Source: Myxococcota bacterium
GTDB lineage: Bacteria > Myxococcota_A > Polyangia > HGW-17
Direction of reading: 5' to 3'
DNA: 44,974 bases
Assembly (NCBI GenBank): GCA_018821745.1
Contig: JAHJLU010000383.1
Coordinates: forward strand, 1 to 44,974
The first letter of the stretch is position 1. The number at the start of each line of letters is the position of its first letter. Shown here one piece after another: positions 1 through 6,650 of this stretch. The notes beneath the pieces are model-generated. The model was not told the origin of the DNA. It did no database searches and was given only the letters and a program-made list of their open reading frames with translations. The position numbers were made by a program, and so were the translations under genes.

Positions 1-340
1 CCGATCTGAATATTGCGTCACCATAGGAGCCCTGCTCAAACAGTGTGACGCCCCCGCGGGTGTAGTGAAAGGCGTTGAGATAGTCAGTGGCGTTTATTTT
101 GCGCTGGCGCAGTTTCAGGACAAAGGGCCGGCCAGCCATCTCCTGGAGTCGGGTTTCGTCGGCAGAGAAGGGCACTGCAGCGGGCTTTTTGGGCTTCTTT
201 GCTTTTACGTACTTTTTTGTTTTTGCAACTCTTTTGCGGTCAGTGTGCCGATTCTTTGCGGCAAGGGGCCCCACACAGAGGGTGAACGCCACGGAAAAAA
301 TCGCCGTGCGCCAGACAAGTTGTAACACCGTGGATATCAT
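1..340 (-). CDS. Partial CDS (3' end runs off the left edge): secreted hypothetical protein with signal peptide and Lys-rich linker
   Basis: Absent from the supplied ORF track because there is no stop in the window. The reverse strand from ATG at 340 reads MISTVLQLVWRTAIFSVAFTLCVGPLAAKNRHTDRKRVAKTKKYVKAKKPKKPAAVPFSADETRLQEMAGRPFVLKLRQRKINATDYLNAFHYTRGGVTLFEQGSYGDAIFRS and stays open to position 1. It has a hydrophobic signal-like N-terminus. GGTGAGG lies 5 nt upstream of the ATG. Confidence 0.45.
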   Translation of the reverse strand, partial: MISTVLQLVWRTAIFSVAFTLCVGPLAAKNRHTDRKRVAKTKKYVKAKKPKKPAAVPFSADETRLQEMAGRPFVLKLRQRKINATDYLNAFHYTRGGVTLFEQGSYGDAIFRS

Positions 341-424
341 ATACGCCTCACCAGGGGAGAACATCACCCTCCCGACACGCCAGGGAGTCCTGGACCTTCA
401 GAACCTGAATTACAAACGGATTGC

Positions 425-452
425 ATTGTACCATGCCTGTGACTTAGTTCAA
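425..452 (-). promoter_or_regulatory. Sigma70-like promoter candidate for the partial gene at 1..340
   Basis: The minus strand reads TTGAAC (452..447), a 16-nt spacer, then TACAAT (430..425). It sits in the 151-nt gap between the kinase stop and the next start. Confidence 0.3.
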
Positions 453-491
453 GTAGGGGTAAAGGACCTGGGAATTATTTCAGAACTCGGA

Positions 492-2351
492 CTACAAAAA
501 GTCGTTGATCATTGCCTTGGGCATGGGATGTGGTCTGACCGGTCGCATACCCGGATTGACCATGACGGGAGGAACTGGTTTCACAGGCTTCATGGAGGCA
601 CCCACCTTGACCAGATTTACGAGCACCGGCATATCGAAGGCTGGGTAGAGTTTTTTCACCCAGGGGACAAATCCCGCGGCGGTCACCTTGATCTCAACGG
701 CGGTGATGTCACTTTTGGGGAGCTTGAAGATGGGTGTTTTGGAGACCTTCCCGTTGACCTCAATCACCGTCTCCACGTTGGGAGAGATTTGCAGCTGGAA
801 GGTGACGGTCTGGGGCAACACGGGCATGGGGGGAGCCATCTCGGGAGGATTGTTCACTAAATCATTTTTCATGACTGGGGGGCGGGTTGATGGAGCGATG
901 GTGTCTTCATCGGAGTCCCGCTGCCCGTAGTTGATATTAATCACGCCCGTGGGAATCAGCACCGCTGCCAGGAGCAGAACAGCCGCACCGATGATCAGGA
1001 TGATCTTTTTGCCGGAAGCTGCGGGGGCCAGCATGCTGGTGCTCCCCACATCGGAGATGGAGAACTTCTCCACCTCGGGGATGGTGGCACCGGCGATGAG
1101 CTTGGGAGAGAGATTGGATTCACTGGCCGCGAGGGTCTTTAGAATGGGGAGCAGCCGGCCTGAGAGCTCCTCGACGCTCCGTGGCCGGGACTCCTTCTCT
1201 TTTTTCAGACACCATAAAATTATTGCCTCGAGCTCGATATTGATTTCCACCAGCGCAGAGGGCAAATAGGGGGTCTGGGTGATATGGGCCTGTAAAATGG
1301 CCATGAAGGAGTCACCCTTGAAGGGGAGCCGCCCCGTGAACATTTCGTAGAGGATGATCCCCAGGGAGTAGATGTCACTGGCCGCATCGACAGACTGGCC
1401 CGCACACTGCTCTGGGCTCATATAGAAGGGTGTCCCGATGGGAACCCCTGTCTTTGTGTGCGAAGTGCGGAATCCGTCCTCGGTGAACTTGGCGATACCA
1501 AAATCCAGGAGCTTCACATAGTGATCTTCGTGGGGACGTTTCTCCAGGAAGATATTGTCGGGCTTGATGTCGCGGTGAATAATTCCTTTGTCGTGTGCCG
1601 CTCCGAGGGCCGACAGAATCTGCCTGAGGATCGTGTACGCCTCCAGGTACGGGACAACCTGAGTCTGCTTGATATAGGTGGTCAGGGTCTGCCCCTCGAG
1701 GTACTCCATGACGAAATATTGGGAGCCCTCTTCCATCTCGCCGAAGGAGAAAATATCGACGATGTTGGGATGGTGAATGGCGTTGACCGCTTTGGCCTCG
1801 GCCAGAAAGCGCCCCATCATGTCTTTATTTTCCGACAGGGAAGGCTTGAGAACCTTTATGGCTACACGTTTGCCAATGAGGGGATGGACGCCGCCGTAGA
1901 CAGAACCCATGCCACCGCTGCCCACAATACAGTTGACTTCGTATTCACCCACCCGGCGGCCAATCATCTCGTCCTGGATTTTCTTCACCTTGGTGATTTT
2001 CCGGTTGTCCTGGACGGTGAGGGAATCTTCGGGGTTGGGATCACTCTCCGCGGGGTCGACCACCCCGGGGGAGGAGGCATCCCGCAGATCGGGAGTGTTT
2101 GTGGAGATCCGGTTTTCACCCTGGGTACGCTCCCGCATTTCTTTCACAGGCGGGGGTGTTCCCATGAGGGTCCGCTGGTTGGCTACAGGGATCTCAAACC
2201 CGCATACACAGGCGTTTTCATTTTCTGAAATCTGGACGCCACATTCCGGGCATTTCATGGTCATGGCAGCAAAACCTGGGTTATTCTTTTCATGGCTCGG
2301 GGATTGTACCCCCGAATCTGCATGGACGTCAAGAACCTGGGAACAATTCAT
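492..2351 (-). CDS. Eukaryote-like Ser/Thr protein kinase: N-terminal zinc ribbon, one TM helix, PEGA-like extracytoplasmic C-terminal domain
   Basis: Kinase motifs: Gly-loop GSGGMGSVYGG, VAIKVLK lysine, catalytic loop HRDIKPDNIFL, DFGIAKF, GTPFYMSPEQ. Zinc ribbon CPECG...CVCG. TM segment IILIIGAAVLLLAAVLIPTGVI. The tail ISPNVETVIEVNGKVSKTPIFKL...IKVTAAGFVPW resembles a PEGA domain. The start is uncertain (ATG at 2351, 2264 or 2258; none has a clear SD). Confidence 0.9.
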   Translation of the reverse strand: MNCSQVLDVHADSGVQSPSHEKNNPGFAAMTMKCPECGVQISENENACVCGFEIPVANQRTLMGTPPPVKEMRERTQGENRISTNTPDLRDASSPGVVDPAESDPNPEDSLTVQDNRKITKVKKIQDEMIGRRVGEYEVNCIVGSGGMGSVYGGVHPLIGKRVAIKVLKPSLSENKDMMGRFLAEAKAVNAIHHPNIVDIFSFGEMEEGSQYFVMEYLEGQTLTTYIKQTQVVPYLEAYTILRQILSALGAAHDKGIIHRDIKPDNIFLEKRPHEDHYVKLLDFGIAKFTEDGFRTSHTKTGVPIGTPFYMSPEQCAGQSVDAASDIYSLGIILYEMFTGRLPFKGDSFMAILQAHITQTPYLPSALVEINIELEAIILWCLKKEKESRPRSVEELSGRLLPILKTLAASESNLSPKLIAGATIPEVEKFSISDVGSTSMLAPAASGKKIILIIGAAVLLLAAVLIPTGVININYGQRDSDEDTIAPSTRPPVMKNDLVNNPPEMAPPMPVLPQTVTFQLQISPNVETVIEVNGKVSKTPIFKLPKSDITAVEIKVTAAGFVPWVKKLYPAFDMPVLVNLVKVGASMKPVKPVPPVMVNPGMRPVRPHPMPKAMINDFL

Positions 2352-2441
2352 ATTACCAGTTGTTCTTCAAAAAGATAGCAAAGAAGTGTGCCGCTTCAAC
2401 CAACTTTTTCGGTCCCGGTCCCCGGGAAAATGAACGACCTG

Positions 2442-2924
2442 TTAATTTCCGTTCACTTTCCCCAACTTTTGTACCAACTTCTCTCTTCTGTTTTTTACGA
2501 GGGGGTCGGTGTCCGTTGTGTCCATTCGTGCGATCTCCGACCGGGCACTGAGAAAATCTCTGGCCCAATAGGCCAGCTCTCCCCGCCGGATCCGTTCCGC
2601 GGGTCCCAGGTTTCCCATCTCGACACTGACCCGGAGCAGGTGGCTGGTTTTGGGTTTGTCACCGTCCAGGTGGGCAATCTCTCCGTATATGGTGTAAAGA
2701 AGCCCGTCCCCCGGCGAGAGGGCCAGAAGGCCATCCATCAAGGTCCGCGCCTCACCCATACTACCATGGGCAGCCAGCAGAAGTGCCAGCGAGGCGGTAC
2801 CGTACAGTTCCTCCCCGGTCACCCCGAACAGCTCACCCAGAGTACTCTGCCGACTGGCGAGACTCTCGGCTCTGGCAATGATTTCATCATCCGTCATGTC
2901 CTGTCGCGGTATTCTTTTTTCCAT
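2442..2924 (-). CDS. Small TPR-like protein resembling class II type III secretion chaperones (LcrH/SycD/CesD type)
   Basis: About 160 aa and all-helical. The segment STLGELFGVTGEELYGTASLALLLAAHGSMGEARTLMDGLLALSPGD lines up with the LcrH region TIAMLNEISSDTLEQLYSLAFNQYQSGKYEDAHKVFQALCVLDHYD (recalled from memory). The track start at 2933 is GTG, overlapping the upstream stop as GTGA. ATG at 2924 lies 8-11 nt after AAGGG and is preferred. Confidence 0.55.
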   Translation of the reverse strand: MEKRIPRQDMTDDEIIARAESLASRQSTLGELFGVTGEELYGTASLALLLAAHGSMGEARTLMDGLLALSPGDGLLYTIYGEIAHLDGDKPKTSHLLRVSVEMGNLGPAERIRRGELAYWARDFLSARSEIARMDTTDTDPLVKNRREKLVQKLGKVNGN

Positions 2925-2929
2925 TTTAT

Positions 2930-3538
2930 TCACACCCTTATGTTCATAATGCTTGCTTTTTTAGTGGTATGCATGGCCTGAATCATGTTGGAGGCAGTGC
3001 TCTGCATCTGGTTTAGCCGCTGCATAAGGATCTGGATTCTATTCTCCACGTTCTGGGTGTTGGCCACCTGACTGGAGGTAGCCTGATTCTGCCCCGTGGA
3101 GGTACTTTTTGCCAATTTTCCCTGCTCCTTGAGGCAATCCTCGAGCTCACCCCTGATGGAATCACTCACCACACCGGCGATGAGAATAATCTTCTCCTCA
3201 ATGGAGTAGTTACCGTTGAGGATTGACTGAATTTTTGCCTGGGAATTATTGGAGGCTGCAGTGCCCCCACTGCCGGTGCTCTGGCTGGAATTCTGAAAAT
3301 CCTTATAGGAGTGTGCCTCATTGAAGGTCATGCCGGCCAGTTTTCCCAGGACCCCCGTAAGAAAGGGGGTAAAGGCCTGCATCCCCTGCATAAAGGGCAT
3401 GCCCCCGGCGGAACCCTGCCCCGAGAGGAACATGGAGAAGAGCATCCCCTGGGGAGACGAGGCACCCACGCCCATGATGGCAGCCTGCGAGATCATGGGG
3501 ATGGCAGTATTCAGGAAAGAACCAATATTGAAACTCAT
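2930..3538 (-). CDS. Secretion-substrate-like protein (202 aa): Gly/Met-rich hydrophobic N-half, S/T/N/Q-rich middle, C-terminal helix resembling T3SS needle/filament termini
   Basis: ATG at 3538 follows a strong SD (AAAGGAGTCACC-ATG), so the track start at 3598 is probably too long. There is a single Cys. The C-terminus SNMIQAMHTTKKASIMNIR aligns without gaps to the PrgI/MxiH-type terminus SNTVKVFKDIDAAIIQNFR (recalled). The stop overlaps or abuts the chaperone-like gene. Confidence 0.6.
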   Translation of the reverse strand: MSFNIGSFLNTAIPMISQAAIMGVGASSPQGMLFSMFLSGQGSAGGMPFMQGMQAFTPFLTGVLGKLAGMTFNEAHSYKDFQNSSQSTGSGGTAASNNSQAKIQSILNGNYSIEEKIILIAGVVSDSIRGELEDCLKEQGKLAKSTSTGQNQATSSQVANTQNVENRIQILMQRLNQMQSTASNMIQAMHTTKKASIMNIRV

Positions 3539-3652
3539 GGTGACTCCTTTCGGGCCAGGTATAATCCCCACGGGGAAGACGCGAAGGTAGAGGCCCATGT
3601 CCCTTCCGCTGAGATCCTTTTCTGCCCCTGCCGTTGTTTGTTGCGAAAAAAA

Positions 3653-5743
3653 TTATTTTTTCTGGTTTTCCAGGATCAACTTTTTCAAATTCTTGTATTT
3701 TTCGTTGTACGGCTGAACCAGGAGGGCGCGCTCGATTTCGTTGCTCGCCAGCTGGTGCATGCCAGAACGCAAAAAGAGCACCGCCCTGAGCCAGGCGAGA
3801 TGTGAAGAACGCTGAAAATGGGCCAGCGCCTCCTGGGAGCCTCGATAACTGAGCTCCGGGTAGACCCCGTAGCGGATGAGGATGTCGAGATATCCCAACC
3901 ACTGCTCGGGATTATCCCGGGCACTCTGGGCCCCTTTCTCGGCAAACACCCGCCCATTCTCCTGCCCTTTGGCGCGCCCGGCGGCCGCGAGTATGGCAAA
4001 AGCCCGGGCACTGTGCGAACCATAAAGGGAACGGGCGATGGTGTCGTAAACCTTGGTGAAGGTTGCACCTGCCGCAAGATGCAGTTCACCCAGCAAAATC
4101 CTGGATGTCAGGGCCGTTTCATCATTGCCCGATGCCAGCTTCTCCAGCGCGGCCATGGCACCGGGGAGACCCAGCGCCAGACGAAGTTTGGTTACAATCA
4201 GTCTCCCGCGGGAACTGAGCTTTGCCGTTGTGAGGGTCTTAACCAGCTCCGAGCCCAGGGAAAAAAGCCCATTGGAGACAAACCACTCAAGGCGCCCGAG
4301 GCTCTCATCCATCTCCGCCGGGGGCTCGTTGAGATCGGCCTTTCCCCGCTGGAATGAGGCAAGGACCATCAGACGGGTCACATCACCTGCCCCGGAATCC
4401 TGTGCCTCACGAAGGTAGGAGAGGGCCTCATCCCAGCGCTCCATTTCAAAAAGCGCCTTCCCCAGGGCATATTTCATGGAGGCGGGGGTCCCTTTGCGTT
4501 CATATTTCTGCATCAACTCCTGGGCGGCCCGGTAGCGCCGCATGCGACCAAGTTCCCAGATACGTTTGGCGAGGGGGGGGATGAGCGGCTCCACTTCCTT
4601 GATACCCCCAAAATATTTGGGCAACGCCCGAAATGCCGTAATGGTCTGGACAATGTCATTTTGGATAAAAGGGGGCAGCGTCCACCACAATGACCTGGCG
4701 ATGACCGGCAGGAACTGTTTGAGGAAGGCCCGTCCAAGGGGAGTTGAGGGGATATTTCCCACCTTGAGATCACCGGCGTACATTCGGGCGAAGTGAAATG
4801 CCCGGTAGTAAAAAGACCGGGCCAATGGAAAAGAACGCTGGTGGGGGGCTTCCAGTCGCTGGGCCCAGGTATGCCAGAATTCAAAGAGAAAACCCACGGT
4901 GTGAATCTGCCGGGACCAGGATGACTCCCCGAAATTGAGCTGGCCCATGGCCTCTTGGGCTTTGAGTATCTGCGCCGCCTCCCGTTCACCCTCTTTGTGA
5001 CGTCCCAGACCGGAGAAATAACTGCGGCAGGCCGACGCCGCCTTGGGAAACTCGTAGCGGAGAAGATACAGCAGGGTGAGAAAATATTTATGTTCCAGAT
5101 TTCTGCCGCGGGCCAGTTTCTTGATGACCACTCCGGCCTCTCGTCCACGGGTAATTGTGAGAGCCACAAGGGCGCTGTGGTAGGTCAGAATTTCCCGGGC
5201 GCTCAGGGAGTAGGGGAAGGTGGTGACCAGGTACCGCGCAAAGAAAGGATCGCTCCCCTTGATTCGCACGACCTTGTCCAGCGCCCGTGCACGGGCTTCG
5301 TCTGATGATGCATCCACATAGGAGAAGAAGTCCTCCGAGGGAGAGTGCATGGGAGCCGTGGGGAACCACGTGGCATAGGAGGAGGGACTCTTCAGAATTT
5401 CAATCTTGGGAGGCACGTCAAGGCTGAGACAGTCTCCCCAGGGGGAGAGGGGAGAGAGTGGCTGAAGCCGCCGTTCGAATATCCGCGCCAGGCGGGAATA
5501 CTTGTACAGGGCCTTTCTGTCGTAGAGATCGTGATGACGGGTCTCTCCCGAGGGCTGGGTCACCGTCAGGGTCCCAAATCTCGGCGCTCCACAACTTACA
5601 TACCCCCGGGGATCATCCCCGGCTGTGTTATACGCCTCAAAAATTTGCCTGGTCAGTTCCTTCTCTTTGCCCAGAGAGACAATTTTGGGTTCCCCTTTCT
5701 CCACGGCGTGAAGGTAGGTCAAATGCCCGTCGGGCTTCACCAT
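3653..5743 (-). CDS. Large hypothetical protein (696 aa) with a TPR-like helical-repeat C-terminal half
   Basis: Long ORF with ordinary composition, on the same strand as its neighbours and tightly spaced. Helical repeats such as YALGKALFEMERWDEALSYLREAQ. No catalytic motif recognised. Confidence 0.7.
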   Translation of the reverse strand: MVKPDGHLTYLHAVEKGEPKIVSLGKEKELTRQIFEAYNTAGDDPRGYVSCGAPRFGTLTVTQPSGETRHHDLYDRKALYKYSRLARIFERRLQPLSPLSPWGDCLSLDVPPKIEILKSPSSYATWFPTAPMHSPSEDFFSYVDASSDEARARALDKVVRIKGSDPFFARYLVTTFPYSLSAREILTYHSALVALTITRGREAGVVIKKLARGRNLEHKYFLTLLYLLRYEFPKAASACRSYFSGLGRHKEGEREAAQILKAQEAMGQLNFGESSWSRQIHTVGFLFEFWHTWAQRLEAPHQRSFPLARSFYYRAFHFARMYAGDLKVGNIPSTPLGRAFLKQFLPVIARSLWWTLPPFIQNDIVQTITAFRALPKYFGGIKEVEPLIPPLAKRIWELGRMRRYRAAQELMQKYERKGTPASMKYALGKALFEMERWDEALSYLREAQDSGAGDVTRLMVLASFQRGKADLNEPPAEMDESLGRLEWFVSNGLFSLGSELVKTLTTAKLSSRGRLIVTKLRLALGLPGAMAALEKLASGNDETALTSRILLGELHLAAGATFTKVYDTIARSLYGSHSARAFAILAAAGRAKGQENGRVFAEKGAQSARDNPEQWLGYLDILIRYGVYPELSYRGSQEALAHFQRSSHLAWLRAVLFLRSGMHQLASNEIERALLVQPYNEKYKNLKKLILENQKK

Positions 5744-5814
5744 GAGGCCGTGCCGGTGTCTGATACCACCCTTTACAACACTGTATTCATAGGTAACGGA
5801 GGTGGGCGATGCTC

Positions 5815-6594
5815 TCAGGGGAGTGGAAAAAAGAAAAACACAGAAAAAAAAATCACGGGCATGAAAAACTCACCGGACTTGAGTCGGCGCAGGAATTCCC
5901 GCAAGAGCGAAAAATTCCCTTTCTCCCGGGACATGAAGGCGATGCCATAGAGATCCTCGGAGGGCTTGTTTTTGACCTCTGCTAAAAAAGAGACCGGCCG
6001 AACACCACCGGGGACCGTGATCTCCAGAAAAATTTTTTCACCCACCAGATCGTTGCCGCCTTTTGTACGCATGCGGGCACCCCCTTCGGCAATATCGAGG
6101 AGGATAGCATCGTGATAAACGGCGGTCTCGATAATGCGAAACCGGATGGGAAGTTCCACACTGAGCCGTGGATGCTTGCGTCTTTTTTCCGGTTTTGAGA
6201 TCCCCTGTTCAAAAAGACCAACAAGATAGAGCACCTTCTCCAGCTCGTCGGTTTCAACCAGGACAAGGGCACCGCCACGAATCCCTCTGCGGGGCACGGG
6301 TCGCCGAAAAGAGATGACCGAGCCCCTGACGAGGGTCTTGTCGTGAACGGATGGAATATGCAATTCCACAATGATTTCCTGCCCTATGGAGAGTTCCTGC
6401 ACCGTAGGACAGAAGAGGTGGTTATCGTCACCGTTCCAGGCATCAAGAAATTCTTCGGTGTTGAGGTAATTGGCGCGCAGATAATTCATTACTTTTGAGG
6501 GATACCAGATTTTGCCTTTCTTCTCAAAGTCAAAATGTAGCGGGTCCCAAAAAAGCACCGATTTTCCAGCAAAAAAATAAAACCATTGATTCAA
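5815..6594 (-). CDS. PilZ-domain (c-di-GMP receptor) protein
   Basis: RRKHPR (RxxxR) followed by LDIAEGGARM (D/NxSxxG-type) at the usual spacing. An upstream beta-rich region looks like a degenerate second PilZ-like barrel. The track start at 6594 is TTG; ATG at 6489 is an alternative. The 3' end is T-tract rich. Confidence 0.75.
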   Translation of the reverse strand: MNQWFYFFAGKSVLFWDPLHFDFEKKGKIWYPSKVMNYLRANYLNTEEFLDAWNGDDNHLFCPTVQELSIGQEIIVELHIPSVHDKTLVRGSVISFRRPVPRRGIRGGALVLVETDELEKVLYLVGLFEQGISKPEKRRKHPRLSVELPIRFRIIETAVYHDAILLDIAEGGARMRTKGGNDLVGEKIFLEITVPGGVRPVSFLAEVKNKPSEDLYGIAFMSREKGNFSLLREFLRRLKSGEFFMPVIFFSVFFFFPLP

Positions 6595-6615
6595 TGTTGC
6601 CTTGTCAAGTATGCT
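6586..6615 (+). promoter_or_regulatory. Sigma70-like promoter candidate for the peptidase gene
   Basis: TTGATT (6586..6591), an 18-nt spacer, then TATGCT (6610..6615), about 35 nt upstream of ATG 6651. It overlaps the TTG-extended PilZ ORF, which argues for the shorter PilZ start. Confidence 0.3.
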
Positions 6616-6650
6616 CAGTACCCACCAACTTCCACCTGCGGGAGCATGTC

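Noticed and set aside
421-445. Sigma54-like GGCATGGTACAATGCA on the minus strand
   Set aside because: The GG-to-GC spacing is 11 (or 6) instead of 10. The same bases fit a sigma70 -10 element (TACAAT) better.
87-860. 257-aa plus-strand ORF (and 65..325) at the left end
   Set aside because: It lies antisense to the partial secreted-protein gene and to the kinase 3' end. It has G/R/H-rich shadow composition, no motifs, and spans a real intergenic gap.
1458-2228. 256-aa plus-strand ORF
   Set aside because: It is fully antisense to the motif-rich Ser/Thr kinase gene, a typical GC-rich shadow ORF.
2413-2427. Hairpin TCCCGG-TCC-CCGGGA after the chaperone-like gene
   Set aside because: No U-tract follows on the transcribed (minus) strand, so it is not a convincing intrinsic terminator.
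5844-5852. A9 (T9 on the coding strand) and neighbouring T5/T6 tracts at the 3' end of the PilZ ORF, considered as a phase-variation or frameshift site
   Set aside because: They affect only the last ~12 codons (the FFSVFFFFPLP tail), beyond the PilZ fold. They could equally be a sequencing-prone region, and I see no functional consequence.
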